From: Cyanobacteria bacterium P01_A01_bin.123
GTDB taxonomy: Bacteria > Cyanobacteriota > Cyanobacteriia > Phormidesmidales > Phormidesmidaceae
Assembly (NCBI GenBank): GCA_039815185.1
Contig: JBCBZT010000015.1
Location: forward strand, 32,001 to 96,000
DNA: 64,000 nt
Reading direction: 5' to 3'
The notes below the pieces were generated by a model, which saw nothing but the letters and a program-made list of their open reading frames with translations, ran no database searches and was not told where the DNA came from. Each line of letters starts with the position of its first letter. Within the stretch, counting starts at the first letter, position 1. Of this stretch, positions 10,259-19,553 are shown one piece after another. The translations under genes and the position numbers were made by a program.

Positions 10259-11248
10259 ATGCCTAAAACCACCACCAAGTCTAAAAGTAAAACGACCAAG
10301 CCCCTCTACACTACAGATACTGTTCGCACCTACCTCCATGAGATTGGTCGCGTACCGCTGTTGACCCATGAGGAAGAAATTGTCCTGGGCAAGCAAGTTC
10401 AGCAGTTAATGGCTTTGCTAGCTCAGAAGGAAGCGCTCCAAGAAATCCTTGATCGCGTCCCAACTGATGTTGAGTGGGCGGAGGCGATGACCCTGAGTGA
10501 ATCAGCCCTGAAGCAGCAACTGCTCCAGGGGGAGAAGGCTAAGCGCAAGATGATCGAGGCTAATTTGCGTTTAGTCGTCGCGATCGCAAAGAAGTATCAA
10601 AAGCGCAATCTAGAATTCCTTGACCTGATTCAAGAAGGCACCTTGGGACTAGAGCGTGGCGTTGAAAAGTTTGACCCCACTAAAGGTTATAAGTTTTCAA
10701 CCTACGCCTACTGGTGGATTCGGCAGGCGATTACCCGCGCGATCGCTCAGCAAGCGCGAACCATCCGACTGCCCATTCACATCACCGAAAAGCTCAACAA
10801 AATTAAGCGCGTTCAGCGTGAACTTTCACAGCAGTTAGGGCGTAGTCCTACCCCAGGTGAAATTGGCGCAGCTTTGGAGCTGGAGCCTAAGCAAATTCGG
10901 GACTACTTGCTGTTGGCTCGTCAGCCCATCTCGTTAGATGTGCGCATTGGCGATAACCAAGACACCGAACTGCAAGATCTGTTGGAAGACGATACTGCGT
11001 CTCCCGAAGACTTTACTGTTCAAGAGTCTCTCAGACAAGATATTCGCAATATGTTGTCTGAACTTACCCCCCAGCAGCAAGAAGTGATTCGGTTGCGGTT
11101 TGGCTTAAGCGACGGCAATGAACTTTCTTTAGCCAAGGTAGGGCAACGCATGAGCATCAGTCGGGAGCGAGTTCGTCAGCTCGAACAGCAGGCCCTCAAA
11201 CACCTGCGTCGCCGTAAAGCCAACATCAAAAGTTATCTGGCAAGCTAA
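10259..11248 (+). CDS. Group 2 RNA polymerase sigma factor (SigB/RpoD2-like)
   Basis: [40 protein letters not shown] and region 4 SRERVRQLE; lacks region 1.1. Confidence 0.93.
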   Translation: MPKTTTKSKSKTTKPLYTTDTVRTYLHEIGRVPLLTHEEEIVLGKQVQQLMALLAQKEALQEILDRVPTDVEWAEAMTLSESALKQQLLQGEKAKRKMIEANLRLVVAIAKKYQKRNLEFLDLIQEGTLGLERGVEKFDPTKGYKFSTYAYWWIRQAITRAIAQQARTIRLPIHITEKLNKIKRVQRELSQQLGRSPTPGEIGAALELEPKQIRDYLLLARQPISLDVRIGDNQDTELQDLLEDDTASPEDFTVQESLRQDIRNMLSELTPQQQEVIRLRFGLSDGNELSLAKVGQRMSISRERVRQLEQQALKHLRRRKANIKSYLAS

Positions 11249-11267
11249 TCAGTGCTTTAAGGTAAAT

Positions 11268-11307
11268 TCAGCGGCGTCCGGTTCTCAAGAGAATCGGACG
11301 CCGCTGA
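11268..11307. terminator. Bidirectional stem-loop between convergent genes
   Basis: TCAGCGGCGTCCGGTTCTC-AA-GAGAATCGGACGCCGCTGA, near-perfect 19-bp stem. Confidence 0.75.
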
Positions 11308-11346
11308 GTTGGTTAATGGGATGGCATGGAGGTTGGCGATAGCAAG

Positions 11347-11604
11347 CTACTGGTAATACCGTCCTTCGATCAAGAATGACCATCCGCCTTGGTGGATATC
11401 CGTATCATGGCGGTCTCGGGAAAGCTGTTTACGGAGAACCGAGGGTAAGGTTAACGGCCAGAATAGCGAGGCAGCAATCAGCGCAATCCAGCTCATAACG
11501 TGAGTCTTGGGAGTCGTTTTATCTCTAAGAAAAAGACTGAAGAGATAGACAAATAACATTGACATGATCAATGCATAGAAAATTAAGGCTCCGTTTGGAA
11601 TCAT
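11347..11604 (-). CDS. Small two-TM hypothetical protein
   Basis: Two hydrophobic helices with a D.TTPKTH..SW...ASLFWP pattern. Confidence 0.65.
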   Translation of the reverse strand: MIPNGALIFYALIMSMLFVYLFSLFLRDKTTPKTHVMSWIALIAASLFWPLTLPSVLRKQLSRDRHDTDIHQGGWSFLIEGRYYQ

Positions 11605-11807
11605 CAGTATCTTGCCTCAGGGTGGGAGCTAGCAGACAGAAGCGGGGACAAAAATTCTATGTCAGCATCTCGCTTGCGGATCCTGACTCATTTGATTTGA
11701 GTAAGGACGTAACAGGAACATCGAGCTAAATTACACAAAAAATCAGGCTCATTCCGCAAAGACATAAACACGCTGACAACCCATGAACCGATATGGCTTT
11801 GATCACG

Positions 11808-12836
11808 TTATGGAAGGGGTAATCGGGATGCAGCTTTTTCGCACAGTAGCTGGGCTGCCTCTAGACACGATAAGCCGCTTACATCAATTTCCGGAATCGT
11901 TTGCCTGCGGCGGTTGAGGTCGTGAAGATAGGCGCGATCGTAGTAGTTGAGAATAATCGCAACGGCCTCCCTGAGGTTGCCTAGCTGAATCAGCGCGATC
12001 GCGTTTTGGGTGCGTTCTCCGCCGAGTCGCTTACGAATCCGTTCGGTGGCTTCAATCAGGTCGGCAATATCGGCTTGACCATAGATTTCAACCAGCAAGT
12101 CTAGGCGTTCGGATAGCGATCGCGTGATGGCCAGCGTTGAAGCCGCTGCCATTTGGTCAAAGAGTTCCGGGGGAATGCGACAGGTACCGATGCGTTTGCT
12201 TTCGGCTTCGATCCAAATGGATTGAGCCTGACTTAAGGAGTGCCATGCTAGGGCGACGAGATTTTCAAAATGCTCGGTGCTGGGTTGAGGCGGTAGTCCC
12301 AGGGAGCCAAAGCTGCTGCCCCGATGGTTGGCTAATCCTTCTAGATCCAAAACTTGTTCCCCCAACTGCCGCAGCTCGAGTAAGATATCGGTTTTGCCTG
12401 TACCCGTCATGCCCCCTAGCAGCATAATTGGCTTGGGTTGGGCTACCGTTGCCCGAACCCAACGGCGAAAGGCTTTATAGCCACCCGCTAATGTCGTTAC
12501 CTGCAAGCCACCCATGCGCAGCAGCCAAGCCATTGATTCACTACGCATGCCGCCGCGCCAGCAGTGGAGTCGAATTGGGTTACCCGCCGCGATCGCTTTG
12601 GCCCGGCGCAAAAAATCCGCCTGCTTTGGCCCTGCCAACTCAAACCCCAATTCCACTGCCAGATCTCGGCCCTGCTGTTTGTAGCACGTGCCCACCTGCG
12701 CCCGTTCGTCATCCGAAAAAAGCGGAAAGCTGACCGCTCCAGGAATATGACCCTGGGTAAATTCACTGGGGCTGCGAACATCTAGGAGTGGGCCTGGGGC
12801 GGTTAAGAATGGGTCGATGGGGAGGACGTGAGACAC
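11808..12836 (-). CDS. mnmH: tRNA 2-selenouridine synthase
   Basis: Rhodanese DVRSPSEF..GHIPGA, CWRGGMRS, P-loop GMTGTGKT and DLEGLANHRGSSFG; lies next to selD. Confidence 0.95.
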   Translation of the reverse strand: MSHVLPIDPFLTAPGPLLDVRSPSEFTQGHIPGAVSFPLFSDDERAQVGTCYKQQGRDLAVELGFELAGPKQADFLRRAKAIAAGNPIRLHCWRGGMRSESMAWLLRMGGLQVTTLAGGYKAFRRWVRATVAQPKPIMLLGGMTGTGKTDILLELRQLGEQVLDLEGLANHRGSSFGSLGLPPQPSTEHFENLVALAWHSLSQAQSIWIEAESKRIGTCRIPPELFDQMAAASTLAITRSLSERLDLLVEIYGQADIADLIEATERIRKRLGGERTQNAIALIQLGNLREAVAIILNYYDRAYLHDLNRRRQTIPEIDVSGLSCLEAAQLLCEKAASRLPLP

Positions 12837-12837
12837 G

Positions 12838-12882
12838 AGGAGGTGAGGAGTGGGGGAGTGAGTGAGTGGGGGAGTGGGGGGA
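12838..12882. repeat. Short G-rich tandem repeat (GGGGAGTG-type, STRR-like)
   Basis: gaggagtgggggagtgagtgagtgggggagtgggggga; complementary tracts near 29237-29300 and 45185-45212. Confidence 0.55.
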
Positions 12883-12932
12883 CTCAGATCAAATGGGCAC
12901 CATCAATCAATTGCTAATAACCGATTGCCGAT

Positions 12933-13000
12933 TATAGCGCTGGCCAGATTGCTGAATGCACCTAGTATCGCTGGGATGCTGAGTCTACAGGCAATCTGGC
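12933..13000 (+). mobile_element. MITE-like repeat family A copy
   Basis: TATAGCGCTGGCCAGATTGC...GCAATCTGGC; may extend to about 13036. Confidence 0.7.
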
Positions 13001-13082
13001 TTGCAGTCTTGTCCTAAACGGACTGGTGCCTGCTACATTCATCACGATTAGCTAATTCAAAATCCAAAATGGGTTCTACTAT

Positions 13083-15437
13083 TCACCACCTATTGATTGT
13101 AATTGGCGCGCTTGCGTTAGTTGGAGGGATGACTTCGCCGATCGTACAACTTTGGGCATAACCCAGGTGTTTTAGCGCGTCTAAACAGGCCGCAGCGCGA
13201 TCGCCAGGCACAGTCGCCAACAATCCCCCTGCCGTTTGCGGATCAAACAGCAGGGGCCAATTTCGATGACCGCTGACCGCCACCCGGTTCTCAATGGTCT
13301 TGGCGGCTTGCAGATTGTCTGCATAGAGGCTGCTGAAGATGTCTTGGGCCACTGTGTCGCGGGCACCGGGTAAAATCGGTAGGTCAGTTAAGTCAAGCGC
13401 CACAGAAACCTGGGCAGCCTGCACCATTTCTAGTAGGTGGCCGATTAGACCAAAGCCGGTGATATCAGTGCAGGCGGTGGCTTGGTGGTGTTGCAAACAG
13501 TGTGCTGCCGCTTGATTGGACTGGAGCATGGCCTCAATGGCAGCTTCAATCCAACGGCCCTTGGCTTTGAGCCGCATATCGGCAGCAAATAGAGTGCCTG
13601 TGCCCAGGGGTTTGGTCATGATCAGTACGTTACCCGGCTGCATTCCCCCTTTGCGCAGCAGGTGATTCGGGTCGGCAATGCCATGACAGGCAAAGCCTAA
13701 AGCCAATTCGTTACCTTGGGTCGTGTGCCCCCCGACTAATGCTGTTTTAGCCTGACTCAAGGCTTGGTTGACCCCAGCCAGCAGTTGATACAGCAAAGAA
13801 GCTTGGGGTGTCCCTGTGGCATAGGGAATGACGGCGATCGCGAGGGCGGTTTGGGGGATTGCCCCCATGGCAAACAGATCGCTGAGACAGTGATTCACAC
13901 AAATTTGGCCGAAAATGAAGGGATCATCCACCATGGCTCGAAAATAATCGACGGTTTGCACCGCGACATATCCCGACGGTATCCTGACCACGGCAGCATC
14001 ATCCGGAGCACCCAGGCCAATTAAGATGTCATCCATCTGGGGCCAATGGGCTGACTGAGCGTTTTCCTGCTGGATACGCTGGAGCACTTGAGTCAAGGTT
14101 TGACTCCCCACTTTTGCCCCACATCCGGCACACAGTTGCGCTGAGGATAGCGGTGCTGTTTTTTCAGAAACGTTCGCTCTAGGCAGTTGAACCTTGGCCT
14201 GAGACCCAGATCCTATCGATAAAGTATCCATTGACGGGAACTTGTTGAACAGGCCCATAAATGTTCGATCGATGTGATCTTTCCAGCGGCGTGCTAGGGA
14301 AGATTCCCAGCAGAAGGGGCCACGGGACGCGATCGCGGTGCCAGTCCCCGTATCAATAATGTTGAGAAACTGAGTTTGGGGGCGAAAAGGCCGCAGCCGT
14401 TCCCCTTTGAGATAGCGTTGCAGGTTTTTGAACAGGGGTGGCCCCTGACGCACGGCAAAGACCCCTGCTTTAGGACGGGGATGGTTGACCATGGTGGCCA
14501 CATCCCCAGCGGCAAAGACTTGGGGATGGGAGAGGGCCTGCAAATAGTCGTTGACTTGAATAAAGCCGTGGTCGTCTAACGACAAGCCTGCACCCTGAAT
14601 CCACTCAGGGGCCGAGGCGTTGGTGACCCAAAAGACGCGATCGCAGGCTACCGTCAACCCAGATTTGCACTGCACGATCGTCGGTTCCCCATGAGTCGCT
14701 TGCTCCGTTGCGGGTTCGGCTGAGGGGCGATCAAGGGCGGACACCGTTTCTTGCAGGTGCATTTGAATGCCGCGTTTTTGGAAAAGATTGTGCAGGTGCG
14801 ATCGCGTCCAGGCATTGCGCCCCTTGGCCAGTTCTGCCCCTCGGTGAAATAAGTGAATGGTAAGTTGTTCAGGCGATCGCCCCAAATCTTTCAACACCCG
14901 GTGCAGTCGGGCCTGCATACATAGGCTCAGTTCCACGCCAGCAACGCCACCGCCCACAATCCCCAAACTGATGGGTTGATCGGGGTGTTGTTTTACCTGG
15001 TCGATCAAGGCAGCCCACTGTTGCAGCAGTGCGGGTACGGGCTTAGCAGGCGTCGCATAGGCGGCAGCGCCGGGGATAGCTAACGTGGCCGGGGTGCTAC
15101 CTGTGTCAATGGAAAGGACATCAAAGGCAATCGGGGGATGGTTCGCACACTTGACCTGTTGACGTTCTAGATCCAAACCGATTGCTTCATCCATCACCAA
15201 GCGACACTGGGCAAAGCGGCTGAGGGGGCGCAGATCAATGTGGGACTCATCAAAGTCATACAGTCCAGAGATATGACAAGGCAACATGCCTGAATAAGGC
15301 GTATCCACCAAATTCGTGATCAGGGTGAGCTGTACCCCCGGTATCGGATGCATGGCGAACTGTCGCAGCACAATCGCGTGGGTATGGCCGCCCCCAATGA
15401 GAACGAGGTCTTTGACGATGGGTTGGAGACTTTGCAT
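13083..15437 (-). CDS. selD: Selenide,water dikinase fused to an N-terminal FAD/NAD pyridine-nucleotide oxidoreductase domain
   Basis: N-terminal LIGGGHTH, GGGVAGVE, FAAGD and PKAGVFAVRQG; C-terminal CAGCGAK (Cys form), DDAA, GGHT, TDITGFGL and DPQTAGGLL. Confidence 0.95.
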   Translation of the reverse strand: MQSLQPIVKDLVLIGGGHTHAIVLRQFAMHPIPGVQLTLITNLVDTPYSGMLPCHISGLYDFDESHIDLRPLSRFAQCRLVMDEAIGLDLERQQVKCANHPPIAFDVLSIDTGSTPATLAIPGAAAYATPAKPVPALLQQWAALIDQVKQHPDQPISLGIVGGGVAGVELSLCMQARLHRVLKDLGRSPEQLTIHLFHRGAELAKGRNAWTRSHLHNLFQKRGIQMHLQETVSALDRPSAEPATEQATHGEPTIVQCKSGLTVACDRVFWVTNASAPEWIQGAGLSLDDHGFIQVNDYLQALSHPQVFAAGDVATMVNHPRPKAGVFAVRQGPPLFKNLQRYLKGERLRPFRPQTQFLNIIDTGTGTAIASRGPFCWESSLARRWKDHIDRTFMGLFNKFPSMDTLSIGSGSQAKVQLPRANVSEKTAPLSSAQLCAGCGAKVGSQTLTQVLQRIQQENAQSAHWPQMDDILIGLGAPDDAAVVRIPSGYVAVQTVDYFRAMVDDPFIFGQICVNHCLSDLFAMGAIPQTALAIAVIPYATGTPQASLLYQLLAGVNQALSQAKTALVGGHTTQGNELALGFACHGIADPNHLLRKGGMQPGNVLIMTKPLGTGTLFAADMRLKAKGRWIEAAIEAMLQSNQAAAHCLQHHQATACTDITGFGLIGHLLEMVQAAQVSVALDLTDLPILPGARDTVAQDIFSSLYADNLQAAKTIENRVAVSGHRNWPLLFDPQTAGGLLATVPGDRAAACLDALKHLGYAQSCTIGEVIPPTNASAPITINRW

Positions 15438-15605
15438 GGGTGTGGGGAGATTGAAATATAAACCCAGCTAGGGCACTTCCAGGTGACTGGGCGTCTCCTT
15501 ACTCTAATTGGAGTAGCTGAAAAGAGCCTGAGGATGGCATGGGAGGGCACATCAGTGCCTGAAAATATGTAGAAAGTTTCTTGCGATCCACCCAGATCTG
15601 GATAG

Positions 15606-15726
15606 TATGCGGAAAGTTTCTCGCGATCTTCGTTATTGGGGATGATATGCCGACAATTTCCGCATATCATCCCCAATAGGGTAGATTAGATATACGGAAA
15701 CTGTCTATCTAATAAGATTGTTAGGC
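15606..15726 (+). promoter_or_regulatory. Integron attI-like site and upstream region
   Basis: ATCTAAT-AAGATT-GTTAGGC (core GTTRRRY at 15720-15726); upstream TAGATTAGATATACGGAA and TATGCGGAA...TTCCGCATA inverted repeat; AT-rich cassette begins right after the core. Confidence 0.6.
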
Positions 15727-15860
15727 GTCAAAATCGACTTGCAAAGCGTGACCAGAAAGACGCTTGCTTGCTGATATTAAAAGTTACATTTCTTTGGTTT
15801 ATTTTTAGTAGAAAGCAAATACACTCTTTGTAGATTTTGGAATCTTTGAAGTGACTATAT

Positions 15861-16868
15861 ATGAAAAGTAAGATTAAGTTTTTAGTTTTTTTCGTTACAA
15901 CTATATTCATTTCATTTTCCAGTAGTCTTTATTCCCTTTCTACCCAAGCACAGGGAGTTAATCAAACTGGTGGATCGACTAGTCAAGTTCCTCTTATATC
16001 TAATGAATTGCTAAACGGGATAATCCTCGCAGTAGTTTCTGCAATTTTTGGTTTTCTCGCAAGTTTTTTAATTGAACGTATCAATAAAAGAAGTGAGCCT
16101 CGAGCACAAATTTCATACAGCAAAATTATTAAAAGTGGAATTATAGGAATTCTTGAAAAAGATATTGAAGATAAAATTTCTGTTTTATATGCTGGAAAGC
16201 CAGCAAAAAATATGTTTTATGCTCTCTTTGATATAGAAAATACAGGCAACCAACAAGTTAAAAATCAGGAAATTAGATTTGAGTTTACGGATAATAGTGA
16301 GATTCTTGATGTATTCTTTGAACCTCCGAAAATAGAGCCTGAGATGGAGTTTAAAGAGCTTCTAGAGTCGGGATTAGGAAAACATGAGAAAAAGTACAGA
16401 ATAGGTATAATAAAACCATCAGAGAAATTAGGTTTTCGCTTTATTGTTCAAGATTCTGGGAGTAATTCCATAAAGTTTTTACATCATACGAAAAACGAAA
16501 GTGATGTAACTTTTACTGAAAGAGAGTTAAAGAGAGTCGCCGATGATATTGAACAAGTAAAAATTTTTCTAACATTGTGCATTGTATTTTTTGTGTTAAT
16601 TCCTTTATTTGAGAATACTATTTCTCCCTTTTTTCCGCTGGCCAGCTCATTTTTTTCATTGATTATGCTGAGTGGCTTTGTGTTTCTTATTTTCCCTCGC
16701 TTTGAAGCTTTTATACGAACTACTGTGAATTTAATATCTGAGCTCAGACAAGAAACAGGGATAGCCGGGAGAATGGCAGATAAAGTAGGGGTTGTCGTAA
16801 TGGGTGGCTCAGCAAATATAGAGGCTATGAATATTACACATCCTTCTGAAGAAACTGAGAATGGTTAA
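15861..16868 (+). CDS. AT-rich orphan membrane protein (integron cassette 1)
   Basis: 335-aa ORF with signal/TM segments at the N-terminus, a soluble middle and two C-terminal TMs; strongly AT-rich; attC directly after the stop. Confidence 0.8.
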   Translation: MKSKIKFLVFFVTTIFISFSSSLYSLSTQAQGVNQTGGSTSQVPLISNELLNGIILAVVSAIFGFLASFLIERINKRSEPRAQISYSKIIKSGIIGILEKDIEDKISVLYAGKPAKNMFYALFDIENTGNQQVKNQEIRFEFTDNSEILDVFFEPPKIEPEMEFKELLESGLGKHEKKYRIGIIKPSEKLGFRFIVQDSGSNSIKFLHHTKNESDVTFTERELKRVADDIEQVKIFLTLCIVFFVLIPLFENTISPFFPLASSFFSLIMLSGFVFLIFPRFEAFIRTTVNLISELRQETGIAGRMADKVGVVVMGGSANIEAMNITHPSEETENG

Positions 16869-16872
16869 TTCA

Positions 16873-16959
16873 GCCTAACAATTCAAATGCGGCGGATTAT
16901 TGAGCGTTACTACTGCTGAGTGTAAGGTGCCAAGCGACCGCTGATTTGACACGTTAGGC
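16873..16959 (+). other. attC site 1
   Basis: R'' GCCTAAC 16873-16879 and R' GTTAGGC 16953-16959; inner arms TCAAAT(G)CGGCGG / CCGCTGATTTGA with one unpaired base; 87 bp. Confidence 0.85.
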
Positions 16960-17006
16960 TTACATCTTGCAGTGCATAGATCTATGACCCCAAAATCCAT
17001 TTTGGA

Positions 17007-17906
17007 TCATCGCTTTTGATAAGCTTTGGGTGTTACCCCTGTCATCTGACGGAAGACTTTTGTTAGATGAGTCTGGTTTGCAAAGCCACAATCTAGGGCA
17101 ATGGTGCTGATTGGAATCGATTGCTGTTCCAGCAATTGCTTGGCTCGTTCCACACGTTGTTGCATCAAATACCGATAGGGTGCAATTCCCATTGATTGCT
17201 TGAAGCATCGGCTAAAGTGGGATTCGCTCATGCTGGTTAGGGTCGCCAAATCCAAAATCGACAAATCTTGTGCCAAATTCGCCCTCATGTAATCAATGAC
17301 TCGGGCCAACTGTGACTGGGGTAAACCGTTGGCTTTGCGTTCAAGTGAAGGCGGGGGCTTGCTGACAGCATAGTTCTGCACCAAACGAGCGGCAAGCGCT
17401 GTTCCCAATGACTCGCCATATAACCTGCCAGACAGACAACCCGTTTGGATTTCCGTCTTGAGTGCGAGGGCTAATTGCTGGATTACCGGATCAGCGATCG
17501 AAAACTGTGGAATTAGTTCCACTTCACGCTGCATCAATTCCTGAGTGGCTTGATTCAGCAATGTTGGACAAATCGCAATCACCGAAAATTCGACTTCCTG
17601 ATTCCAGTTTGTTTGATGATTTAGAAATGCTGGAATCACATCTACGCCACCGTTGCCGTGGGCATAGTGTTTAAACTTGCCGTTCAAACGACGTTCTGCC
17701 TGAAAGCGACTTTTGGGATGTGTGATCACCAGTGAATGTTGTAAAAGGCAATGCTCCACCGTTTCATGAGGAGGATGGCAATAGTGGGTGAAGGTTAACC
17801 CTTTCCATCCAGTACCATAGCTGGCGACCAGGGGGGCTTGTGGAAGCACTCGTGCTACTTCCGCTTGGTTTGTAAGATCAATTTTGGCGGTTGCATGATT
17901 CACCAT
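17007..17906 (-). CDS. AraC-family transcriptional regulator (cassette 2)
   Basis: C-terminal double HTH: SESHFSRCFKQSMG and IALDCGFANQTHLTKVFRQMTGVTP. Confidence 0.93.
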   Translation of the reverse strand: MVNHATAKIDLTNQAEVARVLPQAPLVASYGTGWKGLTFTHYCHPPHETVEHCLLQHSLVITHPKSRFQAERRLNGKFKHYAHGNGGVDVIPAFLNHQTNWNQEVEFSVIAICPTLLNQATQELMQREVELIPQFSIADPVIQQLALALKTEIQTGCLSGRLYGESLGTALAARLVQNYAVSKPPPSLERKANGLPQSQLARVIDYMRANLAQDLSILDLATLTSMSESHFSRCFKQSMGIAPYRYLMQQRVERAKQLLEQQSIPISTIALDCGFANQTHLTKVFRQMTGVTPKAYQKR

Positions 17907-17937
17907 AGGCTTTACCCCGTCAAGCTTTCACACCCCA

Positions 17938-17967
17938 AGCAGGATTGAGACAACTTTAGCAGAATTG
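17938..17967 (+). promoter_or_regulatory. Putative AraC direct-repeat operator
   Basis: AGCAGGATTG (17938) and AGCAGAATTG (17958), 20-bp spacing, in the divergent intergenic region. Confidence 0.45.
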
Positions 17968-18030
17968 GATGAGACGGCAGGTTACGGCTACGCCTACGGT
18001 AAGGGTGTTGGCCATTTCCTGAACCTACTT

Positions 18031-18414
18031 ATGCCAAATCAACCTGCATCAGAAATCGAGCTACTACGCTCAGCCTACGCGGCCTTCAACGCCCGTGACC
18101 TTGATGCCGCCCTCGCCCTCATGACTCCCGACGTGCATTGGCCGAGGGCGTTCAAAGGCGGTTTTGTCCGTGGGCCGGAAGAAGTCCGCGCTTACTGGAC
18201 GGAGCAAGGAAGCGAGATTGACGCACACGTCGAGCCGGTTACCTTTAACCCGGAGGAGGGTGGGCAGATCCTGGTTGAGGTACATCAGGTCGTGCGCGAT
18301 CTGGCTGGAGCTGTGCTTGCTGATGAGCACATCGGCCACCGTTTCACCTTTAAGGATGGCTTGATAAAAGCCATGGAAGTCTGCTCACTCTCATCGTCCA
18401 GCCCCAGTGCCTAA
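18031..18414 (+). CDS. SnoaL/NTF2-like domain protein (cassette 2)
   Basis: YAAFNARDLDAALALMTPDVHW, GPEEVRAYW and HRFTFKDGLI; the stop codon lies within the attC R'' box. Confidence 0.88.
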   Translation: MPNQPASEIELLRSAYAAFNARDLDAALALMTPDVHWPRAFKGGFVRGPEEVRAYWTEQGSEIDAHVEPVTFNPEEGGQILVEVHQVVRDLAGAVLADEHIGHRFTFKDGLIKAMEVCSLSSSSPSA

Positions 18415-18496
18415 CAATGCCCATGCGCACTGACCGTTGAGAGTTGATCGGTATGCTACAAAGGTGATCTACGGCGGGTGATGGGCAACGTTATGC
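18409..18496 (+). other. attC site 2
   Basis: R'' GCCTAAC 18409-18415 and R' GTTATGC 18490-18496; arms GCCCAT..CCGT / ACGG..ATGGGC; 88 bp. Confidence 0.8.
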
Positions 18497-18505
18497 GCAC
18501 TAATC

Positions 18506-18916
18506 ATGAGACTGTGGGCTTATCGTCTTTTCTTTTCCAGAGGCCCAATAGGTTTGTGGATCACGCCTCGTGACGATGGTTCAGCCATGCTCTGGGAGAC
18601 CACGATCTACTTTGGGCTGACCGGTCGGGGAATTATTTCCTCGTGGTCATATGAATCCGACAGATCGGAGGCCTCCTTTCGGTGGCGCCGAGTCGGTTAC
18701 CTGAAAGTCGAAGTGCGCGTCGAGGCCAACCCAGCATGGGAGCGCATCGAGTACAACTTCATCCTTGTCCCGCAAGCCTACACTCGTTCGGCAGTCTGCA
18801 TCATCCAACAGAACGTAAAAGAGGGGCTAGACGATTTGCATGGTTCACATTTCTGGTGTGCGGGAGAGCCGCTCAAGTATGGAGGGCCGGCACCTCTCCA
18901 CCCAAGCCTCGGATGA
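18506..18916 (+). CDS. Orphan hypothetical protein (cassette 3)
   Basis: ATG 9 nt after the attC2 R' box, typical cassette geometry; 136 aa, Trp/Tyr-rich. Confidence 0.6.
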   Translation: MRLWAYRLFFSRGPIGLWITPRDDGSAMLWETTIYFGLTGRGIISSWSYESDRSEASFRWRRVGYLKVEVRVEANPAWERIEYNFILVPQAYTRSAVCIIQQNVKEGLDDLHGSHFWCAGEPLKYGGPAPLHPSLG

Positions 18917-19038
18917 CTACCAAACGAAGACGACGTCGGCCCACCCTCGGTATATTGGGGTTATGGCTGTACTTAGTCGCCTGGAAGTGGCAATGCTGGA
19001 TAGGTTACGGTTGTGATGATGATCAAAGCGGCCTAGCT

Positions 19039-19257
19039 ATGACTGATTTACTTGAGCGTGCGATCGCGAGATTGCAAACCTTGTCTGAGCGTGAACAGGA
19101 CGCGATCGCTTCAATTATTTTGGAGGAAATTGAGGATGAGCAGCGTTGGGACAAAGCATTCTCTCGTTCTCCAGATACCCTTGCAAAACTCGCAGCTTCG
19201 GCAATTGCTGAATACCATGCGGGTGAAACCCAAGAACTTGATCCTGATAGCCTGTGA
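19039..19257 (+). CDS. Putative antitoxin
   Basis: 72-aa acidic protein MTDLLERAIARLQTLSEREQDAIA...WDKAF; its stop overlaps the toxin start (GTGA). Confidence 0.8.
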   Translation: MTDLLERAIARLQTLSEREQDAIASIILEEIEDEQRWDKAFSRSPDTLAKLAASAIAEYHAGETQELDPDSL

Positions 19258-19523
19258 AGTCACGCACGACTGTCCAATTCCGCAAGCTGTTTGCTGATCT
19301 GCCCAGACAAGTTCAACAACAAGCTCGGGCAGCCTATCGTCAGTTTCAGCAAGACCCAAGCTATCCAAGCCTACGTTTCAAGAAAGTGCATCCGGAGCTA
19401 CCGATTTACTCTGCCCGCATCAACAAAAGCTACCGAGCAGTAGGACAGATGGAGGGAAATACGGTGATCTGGTTTTGGATAGGTTCGCACGCAGAATATG
19501 ACAGGTTGCTAGCGCAGATTTAG
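19254..19523 (+). CDS. RelE/ParE-superfamily toxin
   Basis: 89-aa basic protein: FRKLFADLP, DPSYPSLRFKKV, SARINKSYRA and WFWIGSHAEYD. Confidence 0.85.
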   Translation: MKSRTTVQFRKLFADLPRQVQQQARAAYRQFQQDPSYPSLRFKKVHPELPIYSARINKSYRAVGQMEGNTVIWFWIGSHAEYDRLLAQI

Positions 19524-19553
19524 TCGAGCAGCGTAACTACTCCCTGATAAGGG

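Noticed and set aside
15320..15676. Reverse ORF next to attI as an intI remnant
   Set aside because: No integrase-like sequence is recognisable, and it overlaps selD out of frame.
18682..19257. 191-aa ORF
   Set aside because: Only the last 72 codons (from ATG 19039) look like a protein; the rest overlaps the cassette 3 ORF out of frame.
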